58,424 nt of DNA from Tubiluchus corallicola (taxonomy: Eukaryota; Animalia; Priapulida): contig JAQGDQ010001159.1 in the NCBI GenBank assembly GCA_030141605.1, positions 1-58,424 of the forward strand. The letters are read 5' to 3'. The notes beneath the pieces were generated by a model that had not been told where the DNA came from, did no database searches, and saw only the letters and a list, made by a program, of their open reading frames with translations. Shown here one piece after another: positions 24,472 to 38,893 of the stretch. The first letter of the stretch is position 1. Each line of letters starts with the position of its first letter. The position numbers and the translations under genes were made by a program.

Positions 24472-25179
24472 TTCGGCACTGCTATGGTGTAACTGGGTTT
24501 TGGTGAATAATGCTACGTTTGGCTTCTTTACAGCCCTGGTGAAGCCATTAGTAGAGTGCAACACGTGTAGGACTTTAAACGTCTCTAAAACTGTTATGAT
24601 TAGCATTTTGAACGTGTAACATCGTTCTGTGCATAAATTCTGAGCATAAATGACTCAAAATTTCATTAAACTACGCCACTTCTGATTAATATCGAATAAT
24701 AATTGCACAAAATCTAGACTGATTTTCCTTTTTATGTTAAAATAATTCAATTTGCGTTTAAACTAATTACTCTGCTATCCTCTGTGTCTCGGCTATCTCT
24801 AGGCTAGAAAATATCTCTCAATCGATCACTGCTGCTCTGCTATAAGTTTGCGTTTAGCACAAAAATCTAATTAGTCTCCAGAGTACGTAGCAAATGCCTC
24901 TCTAACCCGTGTAAACCTATCTCCGCAAAGGCCTCTCTTTGACCGTTATCTTTGTTACGGCGGATATTAATTAGTCAGGTACTGGGCTTCTCTCGCTATG
25001 GTCCGGGAGTATCACCTGACACGAGTGACGTCACCGGCTCTTCCGTCTGATTAGCGCAATACTAATTACAAAAACCTCATGGAAACTGCAGTGGGTGTAA
25101 ATAGGCAATGACACAATTAGCTGCAAGGTCAGTTTCTGTTTATTGATATTAACTTTCTATAAAGATATTTCTATAAAGA

Positions 25180-25620
25180 CAGTGGCGGCTCGGGACGTTT
25201 CTCTTTAGTTTTTTCTTTATGCTTATACGGAACCAGAGCACGTAAGGGTAGTCCTGTCTGCTTCACAGCCCAGCACATTGCGTTCTAGCAACGCGGTGTT
25301 TGGCTGTTGTGCGAATGCGGACATGTCTGAGCCCACGTAGAGAAAGTACTGTCGCTCACGCAGTTTGTTGTCAGTTGTCACGTGCTTACCGTGCATGGAT
25401 CAAGCTTAAACTGTGACAATTTAGGCTATTAGTAAGCAAAAAATATTTCTTCATTTAAGATTTTATCAAGTTTACGCATAAACTTTCGTATATTAAAATT
25501 ACAATTACAAACTACAGCATTAAAATTACACATGTTTGTTTCGTTTTACACGATATCAAAACAACGGCTAAAAGTTTTTTGAAGCAGCACGCCAGTAATG
25601 TTAGCTACAAATCGCCACTG
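25180..25620. mobile_element. Possible hAT-type MITE
   Basis: TIR cagtggcg...cgccactg; the 8-bp flanks tataaaga/tatttcga match only partially. Confidence 0.35.
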
Positions 25621-26174
25621 TATTTCGACTACACGTTTAAAGAGGGCTGCCTAGACCAAGAAACATTTTAGCGTTGCTGGTTATATTACGTCGGTCCATT
25701 CCATTTCCGTTTTACGTCATCTCTCAGACTCCCATCCAATCAGATTGCAACCTGTCGTTTACATCCGTAGTCTGTTTAACCGTGGCGCCCTCTTTTACAA
25801 CTTTTTAGTTGCTGGTATTAATCGAACAAATGCAATTTAACTAAGTGTCGTTGGGAATCGTCAAAGGAAGGGGCTGCTTTGCAGAGAATTCATTTGTTTG
25901 GGCACCACTATCTTACATTCACTGATCGTTATTATTGTCTAAATTGATTGCCGGGCGCTTTGAGCTGCAGTTCGTTGCCATATTTCAACAAAGAAGGCAA
26001 TAAAACTTTGTGAGAGAGTAGAATTATTGAAAGTCTTGCCGGGCGGTGGGGGCTATCAGGAAATTGAAAAGTTGTCATTAGTTGTAAGATGCCATGTAAA
26101 TAAAGTGTAAGAGTGTGTTTATGAGGTAAATAGTGCAACAATTAGTATAAGTAGTGGTTTATTGACCATAAAAA

Positions 26175-26275
26175 TAATAATAGCAACAGCAGCAGTAGTA
26201 GCAGTAGTAGCAGTAGTAGCAGCAGTAGCAGCAGTAGCAGTAGTAGTAGCAGCAGCAGCAGCAGTAGTAGTAGTA
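26175..26275. repeat. (GCA/GTA)n microsatellite
   Basis: Seen directly. Confidence 0.95.
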
Positions 26276-26759
26276 AAATTAATATTTACAATCATTAACA
26301 GAGGCAGGAGAATTGAAACATTTCATCGTCCAAAATTTTCTACTTTTCAGAAAACAGCGACATTATACAAAGATTAAAAATGTTCACAATAACAAATTTT
26401 TATTCAGTGTCAGTAAAAAATATGATAATGACTGAGCTGAGATTACAGAATTTCACAGAATTGTAACACTTCATTGTGGTACTTGCAAAAGTTAGTGTGT
26501 TTTCTTATTTATAAGCTTTCAAAATATTAAAACAGATCTCAAATGCAAAACTCTATTCATAATTGAAGTTAAGGAGGTAAAGTCTGCATTGTTGAATTTT
26601 CAAGTTTCAGCTGTTAAATGAATTTATTCAGCTGTTAAAACATCAAATTGTGTTTTTCAGTTTGAATTTCTCCACAAATATTGTTGTCTAAAATACCGTA
26701 GAAGAACACAATATTATGCACAAGACAAGACATAACGTCTATGGATATGACATGGTTTT

Positions 26760-27345
26760 TAAGCGTCAAGAGAAGAAAAGGGAATGTTAAACTATAGCGC
26801 AAAGTATTTTCTATACAAAATTATATTACTTTGTAATATGTTCACATTTTTGAAAGACTTATATAACTAGAAATTCTTAGCAATTTAAAGTGTTCGTGCC
26901 AGCTTGTAATACATCACTGACTCACCTGGTGACGGTCAAAGTATCACCGGACAAAGGACCACCTTACAAAGGGCTACCCGACAAAGAATCACCTGAAAAG
27001 ACAAATGACAAAGGAAAATCGCATGAGATACACGACTCACCTTCCCAGTGTGCACCACTGATTCACCAAAAAACACATTATGGATCTTATAGACAAGTAA
27101 AGTCATTTTTAGTTAGTGAAGAATGTGCTACGAATGCTCTGATTATTTTTTCAAACTTTGCGCAATGTTATACAAACTAAAGTTATTAAAATGGTTGCGC
27201 CTAACGGTCATCGCCGGAGTTTAAAGTTTCAAGTTTCATACAGCGTTGTTGCTAGTACAAGCCCTGTGTGCAATAAGACAGCATGAAAGCGAGCAAAATT
27301 TTTGTGACGAATTTTTCAGCTTTTCGTAAGTAAAGGGTTTCCCAG
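26760..27345 (-). mobile_element. Diverged family A MITE (inverted) interrupted by a GGACAAAGG-repeat fragment at about 26931-27015
   Basis: The sequence gactcacct is repeated on both sides of the insert (26919 and 27034); family A sequence lies on both flanks. Confidence 0.65.
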
Positions 27346-27480
27346 TCGTTCAATGAGGCGTCTCAACTGAAGCAGCTTCCTCAGTAATCTTTAATTAAGC
27401 AGCTTTCACAAACCGTAATCACGAAATGGCCTTTTAACTTATTCTTCTACCCTTCTCTTTTACCTGTTATCTGATTGGGG

Positions 27481-27905
27481 GACGGTCAAAGGACCACCGG
27501 ACAAAATTTCACCTAAAAAACAAATGACCACAGGACAATGGACTACCGGGCAAAAGAGCACTGGACAATAAACCACTGGAAAAAAGGACCACCGGACAAA
27601 GGGCCGCTGGACAAAGGACCACTAAACAAAGGGACACTGGACAACGTTTTACCTAAAAAGACAAAGGACAACAGGACAATAGATCACCGGGCAAAAGAGC
27701 ACTAGACAAAGAACCACCGAGCATAGGGCCACCGAACAAAGGGCCACTGGACAATGGATTACAGGATAAAGGACCACCGCACAAAGGATCACCGGACAAA
27801 AGGACCACCAGGCAAAGGACCACCGTTCAATGGACCACAAAACAAAGGACAACCAGACAAATGACCTCCAGACAATGGACCACGGGACAATTGAACCACC
27901 AGGCA
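27481..27905. repeat. Tandem ~15-bp GGACAAAGGACCACC array (single arm of the foldback-like family)
   Basis: Same unit as 17630-17885. Confidence 0.85.
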
Positions 27906-29159
27906 AATGTCAGCATAAGATCGTGTGAGATACATTGTGCTTTGTGTTGACATATACGTTTGTTTATCCAACCACTATTACATACATTACATTGCAGTGT
28001 AATGAACAGGACAGATTTAATTAACAGTGAAAGAGACGCTTGCTAGAGACAAAATCTCCTTATAAAGGAACATTATGGCTCGAGCATTCAGCACAAGTAA
28101 CAATTAATTGATACAAGTATTAAAAATAGTTATCACAGCAATATTACATAAAGTACCATTAATAACTCTTTCACAATTGTATCTAGAACTTATTTAGACA
28201 ATAATTGATTCCTAGTCTGAAAAGTTGATTCCAGAAAAGCTACAATAATCTTGCATAATTCTATATCTTCACTGCTGATTATAAAGGCAAATTTATCATT
28301 GTCACTTGATATGGGAGAACATATAGGGATTAATTTTCAAATTGATTAAAAAGGGTCAGTGTATCAACCTGATAACGTGGACATTTCATAACTAACTGCA
28401 TTTTTTTGGTTAAGGTCACAACACCTACAAATTCGCTCACTCACAGGTATTTTAAAAAGTCTATTGTACCGGCCAATTTGTGAATATTCATACTAGTAGT
28501 TTTCAGAGGTTAATGGTAAAGTTTCTTCGTAATTTATTTTTCAGTATCTTTCTATTCCCGTGGTGAAAAAATTAGTAGATTTACGAAATAATACACATTA
28601 TAGACGTCATTTAGTTATGTCTGTGCTCATACAGTAGCAGAAAAGTTATGGGTCTTATAAGACCTATTTTGAATGGTACGGTCCTGAAGGACTTAAGAAC
28701 TGTTGAATTATCGATCTTTAAATTAACATCACGCTTAGATCTCGGAAGCTGAACGTAGTTTCCTCCTGGTCATCATCTGTGATCGTTACTTATACTCACA
28801 GAACAAACATTATAGCAATGAAACCAGATCAATAATGGGAGTGCCATAACTGCCTGGGGCTCTAATGTAGCCCAATTTTTCTCCCAAAGTTAGCAGCAGG
28901 AACGTGAATTGCATTCAAAGACTGAGCGCTACAGACGGCAAAATTACATGTGGGACGAAAAGACAGCACAGCATGTGCAGTGTTGTGAAACGAACTGGAG
29001 ACTATGCAAGAGAGGCAGAGAAAGAAAGAGGAGACGGGGAAAAAAAGAGGAAAAGAGGTGGTAAAAGACAGGCTGAGATAAGTGGAGAATGAGCAAAGGC
29101 AGAGAAAACGAGAAACGTGTGAGAAAAACGCCAAGTCGGAGAAAGAGATAGTTAGATAG

Positions 29160-29500
<341 letters not shown>

Positions 29501-31043
29501 AATGAAAATTTATTGGCACAGAAATCTATGAGATGCGTCGATACAATCACGAACTCATATCTTATGATACAAAGCGACTCTTTCATTAAAATTTCTCACC
29601 CCAAACAACTAAGCGTTACATTGACTGTTTATCCAAGCAGCAGATGTATGATATCGTCCGCGGAAACGCTGTAATTACAACGCAGCGGTAAAGAGTTAAG
29701 GATGCTAGATAATCGATTACGTACACACTTCACACACTTCACCTCAGCACTTGTGAACTTAAAATTTCATCAAGATGAGAGATTCGAACCATTCATTCAA
29801 ATAATTTTATTACATCTGGAATAAATTCAACAAACAAACCAGGATATTCGGCTTCGCAGATGCAAATAGTTTTTCCGAGAAATGTTAGAAAAATTATGCG
29901 TCTGTTTACTCAGCAAGATGCAGACCGCTGGCGCAAAAAAAGGGCTATCACGCCATTTTATTTATCCCTCATTTAGTTTGTAATGGATTTTTTTACTGAC
30001 AGAGAAACTGTTTTTGAGTTACTCGCTTGCGTAACCTTATAAAAAGGTTTGTTTCGCCGTCGGCATAGTTTTCGTTTTGCATGTTTTGTCAGTTTTATAT
30101 TGTGACGTAACAATAGAAGTAAGTATGTGTTCGAAATTGCATTTTTAATGTACTATAAATTTTTACGTTTTACCACCACCAGCAGCACCACACCAGTACC
30201 AGCACCACCACCACCACCACCATCATCATCATCATGTCATCATTGTCGTCGTCGTCGTTGTCGTCATCATCATCATCGTGATTACTGCATTTGAAATATC
30301 ACAGAAAATTTCGCTTCATGCCTACTGAAAGCTGATCCTTGATCCTAACGATTTCACAGCAAATTTCACGCGTTAATTGGAAAATGGACGCGCACGTGAT
30401 TAGTACAAGAAGCCAGGTAAAAACGAAGATTAGTCTGACCTAGTTGATTACCGATACATGCAGCCTCACATTAGAAAAAGCAATCAGGATAAAGCAGTCT
30501 ACTAACGCAGAATCGATCACTGATGCAGAACTACCTGTAGAGATTCAGGACTTTCGTCCCTGTCCCATTCTGTCCTATCCAAGACCAAACTCAAAGGTCT
30601 CATATTCAAAAACTTAATGTCTGTATCAGAAAGTTGTTTAACTACATAATATGCTAGATCTATGTAAATTGAACTGATCTTGATGTATTTTGACGTTGAA
30701 TAAGTGTGTTTAGTCTTCTGAATAGAACTTTAAATAGTAATAATTTAACTTGTAAAGCAATATTACAGAGTGATATTGTATATACATCCGTTACACGAAA
30801 ATTTTAACATACCTTAATGTACACGAATGTTTAACTTATTATCATCATCATCATCATCATCATCATCGTTAAATTTTACTTTATTTCAGACATTTACAGT
30901 CCATGGAACAAGAATAAAATAAGGCACAAATAAAAACACAAGAGTTGGTTTACAGAAACCTGGTAAGCTTATGGACAAGAAAGGGTTAGTTAAAATGGGT
31001 AAATAAAATTCTTTACCACTTAAAAATGATAGATCTAAAAGTT

Positions 31044-31405
31044 GCATCAGTATTGTACAGAAAGTTATTAATAACAATATTCTGACTCAAAAACAGCCTA
31101 CTTCTGAGACTAAATACAGCTTTCTCACGTATGCAGGAAAAACTTGGTACATTGTAGCTAAAAATTGTATCAGTATTGTACAACAAGATATTTATAACAG
31201 CATTATGACTCAAAAACAGCCTACTTCTGAGACTAAACATAGTATTCCTACGTATGCGGGAAAAACTTGGTACATTGTAGCTAAAAATTGTGTCAAAATT
31301 GTACAGCAAGTTATTAATAACAGTATTCTGGCTCAAACCAGCCTACTTCTGAGACTAAACGCAGCTTTTCTACGTATGCAGGAAAAACTTGGTTCATTGG
31401 AGCTA
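31044..31405. repeat. Tandem repeat, ~123-bp unit, about 3 copies
   Basis: Recurring attctgactcaaaaacagcctacttctgagactaaa. Confidence 0.9.
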
Positions 31406-31819
31406 ACATACATTTGCCTTGCGCTACACCGACTAGGAAGATTAAAGAGCCCACTAATGGCATCGTTATGGGCAATACGCGTTCAATATTTCCTCAATAT
31501 TTCAATCTTTCAATAATTCCTTTATAGTGATTAAACTAGAGACTATTGCAATATAACTTAATCAGCTACCACGAGTCTGAGCCATGCTTCGGGTCATATT
31601 TGTAAATATTGTATAGTATTGTAACTTTGTAATTTATGTCTATGTTGTTTTGCCGTTATTCACTGCTGTTGTAACTGTATTTTGAATTTGAGTTTTATGT
31701 TTGGAATAAAATGATAAATCAAAATTAAAATCGAAACAAATGTTTACTGATTTTTCCTCTATTTCCACTTCAGAAAGAACTTGAAATTCGCTCGACTGTA
31801 ACCTAATTCTGCCAAAATA

Positions 31820-32335
31820 TTTGTTTATTTTTATTTTTGACATTTATACATACATTAAAATTGTAGAAAAAAGAATTAGCAAGCGTATGCGCACTTACAC
31901 TGATCCTATAAGACATAAAAAGATGCACAAAAATATAATTTATAAAAACAAGACCTTAAAATTGAATATGTCTAATTAAAAAGTTCCTAATGAAATGTAC
32001 CTAAATATGAATTATATACTACATATATAACACGTTTTATACAATAATACGAATCGGAGAGACCCAATTACGCTAATGGCAATCTTACATGTTCCGGACA
32101 AAGTTGCAATAGGGCAATAAATTAACATTAGCTAATCTTTTAGTGAAAACGGACAAACATGAAAGTCCAGAGCATTCCAAATGTTTACTGCTCTGTTAAC
32201 AAATGAAAATTTTGATACGTTTAATCTGGGGAAAGACGTAAATAGTTTAAAGTTGTGACCACGCAAAAGATTGGTTGAAGCACACTGGAAAAAAATCATC
32301 AAAACTTAAGCCTACTATACAACATTATACATATT
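31820..32335 (-). mobile_element. 3' fragment of a CR1/L2-group LINE
   Basis: The minus-strand translation (about 32300-32165) FFQCASTNLLRGHNFKLFTSFPRLNVSKFSFVNRAVNIWNALD matches the RGHxxKL...FxNRxxxxWNxL ORF2 C-terminal motif. Confidence 0.75.
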
Positions 32336-32482
32336 ATATTAGTGGTCAGTGACTCATAGTTGAACTGTGAACGTCATCATGTTATCAGATAATGAATTGG
32401 ATTCTCTATGGGGACTTTTGGGTTTTCAGCATACATATTATATGTGTGATTAAGACTTTAGCAAGTCACAATACTAAACCAT

Positions 32483-33196
32483 TTAAAGCACAAGAAAACA
32501 CTCTTCAATAATATAAAGCTTAAAAAATTTGTCTTGAAATTTTATATCAGTTAGGTGAAGTCTTATATTAGATTATATAATATATTATATTATGTTAGAT
32601 TATATAGAGGGTTTACGTGGGAGTAACGCTGTATAAAACTTGTAAATTTAAACTCCCGCGATGACCATTAGACGCAGCCATTTTGATGGTACGTCATCAT
32701 ATGAAACAAATTTAGATAAAATTGTGTAAAGTTTGAAAACATAATCAGAGTATTCGTAGCGTACACGTTACTGAGTCAAATTTTAAATTACTGTATCTTG
32801 TCAATAAGAATAAAAATACGCTTTTGTTTAGTGAGTGGCGCAGCCTGGAGGATGAGTCAGCAACAATTTAACCAATTGGCACAAACATTTTAAATTATTA
32901 TTTCTAGTTACATAAGCCTTTCCAGCAGGTAAGCGAAATGCTAAGTAATGCAGATTTGCAGGGAAAGTTTTCTTGGAACATAATTTAACATTTCCTTTTC
33001 TTCCCCTGATTTGCGTTGTGCGTATATGACGTCATGTAATGGCGCGGTTTGAAAAGTATTGCGGGATATTTAAAATGAAAACAAACAAAAAATCCTTTCA
33101 ACGCGAATACGATATACGCATAAAAATGCTGTAAAGTAATACAATTTTAAGGCGATTTTTTTTAAACATTCAGGTACCCCTTTTCTTGTCCTTTAA
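32483..33196 (+). mobile_element. TTAA-flanked MITE family A, full length
   Basis: ttaa-agcacaagaaaa ... ttttcttgtcct-ttaa. Confidence 0.9.
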
Positions 33197-36100
33197 AGCC
33201 ATCTGTACCTGAACAGAAATGCTAAGTTAAATATTACTCACAGCACAACTCGCGCTTGCTATACAAGTGTTTCAGAACAAGCCTCATAATTTATAACAGA
33301 CTAACCAGTGATCACGTTTATCACTGACAGCCCCTTCGTCGATCTATATAATAACTGCCGTGAGCAATTGTCTAAACCTAGTGAATCATTTTAACTACTA
33401 GCTATACATTGTCCATGTTAATTGATAGTTATCGACAGTTGTACGAGCATAATAGACGATCGAAAAGCATGGCATCAATAAGCTTCCTCATACGAAGCTT
33501 TAAACAAGGTATTGCCCATCTGACTGTACCGCTAGAGGGCGAATGATTACGTAAGTTTACGTGGCTTCCATATTGAGGGTTGACCCGCCAAATTATTAGG
33601 ATGAAGAAAGAAGTGATGTGTTGCAAACAGAGTTTTTCATTGAAAAGCCAATGTACCGAAAAAAGCTACATTGCTTACAAACACCAGAACGTTCATGCCA
33701 TGTTTACGTTCATGTTCATGCCACGTTCACGTTCGTGCCATATTCACGTTCATGTTAATGCCATGTTCACATTCATGTTCACGTGTTCATCAGTTGTTGC
33801 TGTGCTTTACATGCTTTTGTCCATAAGTATTACTGAAACTCCACGGAGACTATGTGAATTCATTAGCAGACTCAATTTTTCTTTGAAAGCCTGAAGACAG
33901 AGAGTGAAGATACAGACTGTTCGTGATATGGGTCGAATCCGTGATCCGTGAAGATCTGGTACGTTAACGTCTAGATCTACATCCTAATATCACCCCATAG
34001 CTCCGCTTTGTCGAGAACTACGCCAGTATGGCATATCTTGAGTTATAGTGTTTTTTACCCCGTTTGCATGGATCTGCCTTTGCAAACTGGTTTTTGAATT
34101 TAAACGTAGTGTTAAATTTGCATAGTCGTCAATTACCCATGTAAATGTCATTTAAGTCTACAGTATAGCTGGCATCGTGCCCAACTGGCCATGTAACTAA
34201 GCTGAATTAGGCTTCTTTGATATATCTGTATATACAGTAATTTTTCTGTGCCAAAGATCTAGCTAGCCAGGAGTCACATAGCCCTGACAATCGCTATGCT
34301 GCTCCTATCCAGGAAAAACAAGGTACAGTATAATTAGGTATGTCTAAAGTGTTTTTGTATTAGACTTAACGTACACGTTTAATGTAATCTTGTTGTAATT
34401 GTCATATTGTAATTTCGTTTTTCTTTACTAAACCGTAGAACTAACACGCAGGTCTTTCATAATAGACCAGCAAACCTTTATTAGTAAACATGTACTAATA
34501 ACATGTTTCAACAATCATGATCATTGTAATATGAAATATGATCATTGTAAAAATGTAATATTCATCACTAATTATTCGCATAATTTAATCACTTGTATTT
34601 AGAAAATTGCTACAAATTAAATTCAATTCAGTATTTGTTTGCATCGAAAATGCGAAAGTATTTGAAATCAGGGCTTAAAGTCGCCAAAGTTTTGCTCTCC
34701 CGCCTGTTTTTTTAGAAAAATTCATACTTTTTGCATAATGTTAAAAAGTTAAAAACGTTTAATTAGATCGTTGAAATCAGATAAAATATTTTCGAGTAGT
34801 AAAATTAACCGTTCGTCGTAATAAGATTAAACGTTTTCAACACGCTTCTACAAGATAAAATCGTTATTGTAACGGGGACCCCTGGAAACAATTGCTGCCC
34901 CGGACTGTTACAGGTGTGAAACAGGCGTGATGAATTTCAAACATTTACCAAAGCCGCACGCACAGGTAGAAACCAGTCCTAACCGGTTCTGATATTCATG
35001 ATATGATATGACATCTTATACATATATCTTATATATCTTATTCTTATACTATATTATCTATCTTATATACTATCTTATATTATATCTTATATGTTATACA
35101 GTAAATTTACCTATTTTTAGGCACGTATGAATGTCGAATGTTATAAAGCTTATTCTGGTCCTAACTCGTTAGCAATGTGTAGATACTGTGTAACAAAGAG
35201 CACAGACAGACGGCTTAGCTATAGATTGTTTGATTAGTTTACGTAGATGATTACATTGATTAACATTGTTTGTTTATACTACTGTTAATGTTTGCATGTA
35301 AATATGTAAACTATAAGTTATAGATTATCTAACAAGTAGAGTGTCCTGTGTATTGTGTAAAAATATGTATATATAATTTAATATATAATAAGTATCTCTT
35401 TTCGTTCGCGGTTTTTCAATAATGGTTGCTAAACAAAAGGTATTTTAGTAACGAATAACGTTTTTATACTAAAATAAGTAATAAAATAGTATTATTTTAG
35501 TATTGTTTTAGTATTGTAGCGTTTCTTCTCATTTAAAGTATGAAATTTTTTAACCTATCGGCCTTTTCTTTACAAAAGTGTACTTGTACTTTAATCGGGA
35601 GAATCTGTGAAGAGGCTTTTACGTAGAATAGGGATACGGATGCGGATGCGTTTACCACGGACAGGCTGCAGAACAGCCTGTGGAAAAAATCAATAGGAAA
35701 TAACTGCAGAAGAAGAATAACGCATGCGCAAGATGCATAAACGGAAGCGTTGAAAACAATATAAACCTATTCTATCTATTCCGCACCCCTGAAATGCATG
35801 CGCATCCGCATGCAGCATAAACACAACTTAAAACAATAGCAAATAAACTTGATCACAGCTATTGTCACTGCACACGCTGGTTTCTTGATCGTTTAAAATG
35901 GTTTGTCTCGTCTTCTACTGTGCCAGATATGGCGAAAATATTACTAATATAGTTTAATTTACTAATAGACAATTACTATCATAGTAATATTATTAGTTTA
36001 CTCATTGAGCGAACGTTTTCATAAACTTTGTAAAGTAATTAGTTGCCATAGAAATCAAATCAAACCGAAATTTTGGAAAACTTTTCGAATTAGCACACAT

Positions 36101-36489
36101 ACTTTCCTTCCAGTCAACAATGAATCTTATTACTTGCGAGTGTAAAACGACACTATGTTAATGAGTTTGAGAAACAATCTCTAGGCTACTATAGCAAAAT
36201 GAAGACAAATTCTTTGCACTTGCACAACCAACAAAATATAAAATATATTTGTCAACCCTCCAAACCAAAGACAATAATATCGCCTTTTAAAAGATTTTTA
36301 CGCAATAAACGATATTTGTTCTATCTGTCAATATCAGTCATTCCTCTCTCTCACTCTCTAAATTACTTTATAATTCAAAGTATGGTTGACCATGACAACC
36401 AACGACCGAGCAATTTCAAGTAAAACGGTTGGCCAGCATATTGACAATACTAAATAAAATTGTCATTAGAAAGAAATGAAATATACAGT

Positions 36490-36573
36490 TCTCTCTTTTT
36501 TTCTCTCTCTCGCCCTCTCTCTCTCTCTCTCCTTCTCCCTTTCTCTCCCTCTACCCCTCTACCTCTGTTTCAA

Positions 36574-36614
<41 letters not shown>

Positions 36615-36822
36615 CTCGCTCTCCCCTCTCTCTTTCTCTCTCTTAATCTCTCTCACCCACACTCTGTTTCCCTCTCTCCTTCTCTCCCCTCTCTCTTACT
36701 CTTCCCCTCTCTCACACTCTCCCTTCCTCTGTCTCTCTCTGTCCCTTGCTCTCTCTCCCTCCCTTCCTCCCACTCTCTCTCACCCTCTCTCTTTCACACT
36801 CTCTTCCCCCCTCTCTCTCTCC
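36490..36822. repeat. Degenerate (CT)n tract
   Basis: Seen directly. Confidence 0.95.
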
Positions 36823-37329
36823 TTGAAAAAATGACAAGGCAAGAAATATGATAAAATGAAAAGACCAATATTTATCTAAAGTTGACGTGTTCATGTTATT
36901 ATATTCCTGCTTGCAAACCATTGCGTGCAGATTCAATAAACCGCCAGTTAAATCAATGCATTATTGTTGCAGGGCACCGTGTTTTCGCCACAGGAAGAAA
37001 CCTTTCCTTTACAAATCACGAGAAGCCCAGACCGCAGCCTCTCAGCAGTACCAGCTTCTGGTTAAGATTTTATTAGCAGAGAAATGAAACCATGCACTTG
37101 ACCTGCTACACAGCAGCTTGACAACACAGGAAAGAAATTGGCTCTACATTATTTAGGAACAAACGCAGCATATATTCTACACCTTTACGCCTGCGCAAAA
37201 GACCAGCTTCCGTTTCCGTTCCTATTTGCAGGTTTCTTCCGATAATTTTATTAGAAAAAAGTTTCAGTAAACATGTATCGTTTAATAGTCTCCATAGAAA
37301 GAGCACAAGAAACATTTCCTTAGTAAAGC

Positions 37330-38350
37330 TTAAAGCAAAACTGGACCCAATCTTAAACTGTAGGTCAAAACTCTTCAAAACACTGAAAAGAAACGCACTA
37401 TTTTTTTCAAAAATAACTTACGTGAAAGAATTATTACCACACAAACGGAATTTCACGTTTGCGCCACTACTTCTTCTCTGTTATATGCATTTCATCATTC
37501 TCTAGTTAGTCATTGCACAAAAAACAGGTGGTTTACCTCCCAGTTCAAATGTGTTAGTTTGTGACGAACTGCGCACGTTCAAGCAGCTCATGCGTCAGAA
37601 AAGCGGTAAATTTGAAATTTGAATTTTTATCTTAAGACTTGCCTAGTTTTAGTACAACACACTGAATGTCTTACAATAGCACCGTACTTGAATTTTCTCT
37701 TTCACAAACACGCGCAACACGCTCGTGGAATATTTTTGCTGTTGAATATTATGTTAGTTTGTGATGTCATCAACTGTTGGGGTTGCCTGTCGTTAATTAA
37801 GTTTTCAATCTTTCACTTAATTATCACTTTTGTAGTATTAATTGTGTTAATATGTATACTTTTTATCGGACATGAAAATGAACATAGAAATTCGACATTA
37901 TATCACTTACATGCTGTCTTATTGCATGCACTACCTGCGTTAGCAGTAACGCTGTACAAAACTTGTAAATTTAAACTCCCGAAATGACCGTTGTGTAGGC
38001 GAAGTCATTATAGCAGTAAGTCGTTTAAAACAAGTTATTATAACATTGAGTAAAGTTTGAAAAAATAATCAGAGCATTCGCAGCGCACTCTATTACTTTA
38101 TCACTTTACTAAGTTAAATTACGTTGTATTGTCAAGAAGATCAATAACGTGTGTTTTGGTAAAACTGCGGTGCACACTGGGATGATGACAGTGTTTTACC
38201 AGGTAGAGCGAATATTTTAAATCATTGAGATTTTCTTATCCAATTACATAAGTGTTTGAAATAGGTAAGCGTAATTGTTAAATATACGTAACTTCACGTG
38301 GAATTTTGTGGTATCGGGATGTAGTTTAAACTCCCTTTTCTTCCCTTTAA
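37330..38350. mobile_element. Composite TTAA MITE: family B followed by the short family A variant
   Basis: Begins ttaaagcaaaactggacccaatc, switches at about 37880, and ends ttttcttccctttaa. Confidence 0.7.
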
Positions 38351-38402
38351 TAGTTTTTGCTTATAATAAACAGTGAACTAAGTACTTTAAAACAAGGAAA
38401 TC

Positions 38403-38893
38403 ATTTCTGCCATTGAAATACATTCAACTTACATTTCCTATACTCCGAAGAATATTGTTTCTGTTTTCCCAGTTGCATCTCATTGTCGATATCTGCTGCC
38501 AAGATTTCTGCTATTGAAATATATACAATTCAGTTCTCCATACTACGAAGAATATTGTTTCTGTTTTCTCAGTTGCATCTGATTATCGATATCTGATGCC
38601 AAGATTTCTGCTATTGAAATATATTCAACTCACATTCTCTATACTACGAAGAATATTGTTTCTGTCTTCCCAGTTGCATCTCATTATCGATATCTGATGC
38701 CAAGATTTCTGCTATTGAAATATATTCAACTCACATTCTCTATACTACGAAGAATCTCTATACTACGAAGAATATTGTTTCTGTTTTCTCAGTTGAATCT
38801 CACTGTCGATATCTGCTGCCAAGATTTCTGCTATTGAAATATATACAATTCAGTTCTCCATACTACGAATAATATAGTTTCTATTTCCCAGTT
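38403..38893. repeat. Tandem repeat, ~101-bp unit, about 4.7 copies
   Basis: Recurring gccaagatttctgctattgaaatata...atactacgaagaatattgtttctg. Confidence 0.92.

Noticed and set aside
28738-28790. 5S rRNA-like stretch gatctcggaagct
   Set aside because: Only about 13 nt match; the downstream internal control region is absent.
35612-35826. Possible small Harbinger-like MITE (gcggatgcg ... cgcatccgc)
   Set aside because: The inverted match is short and degenerate, and the termini cannot be defined.
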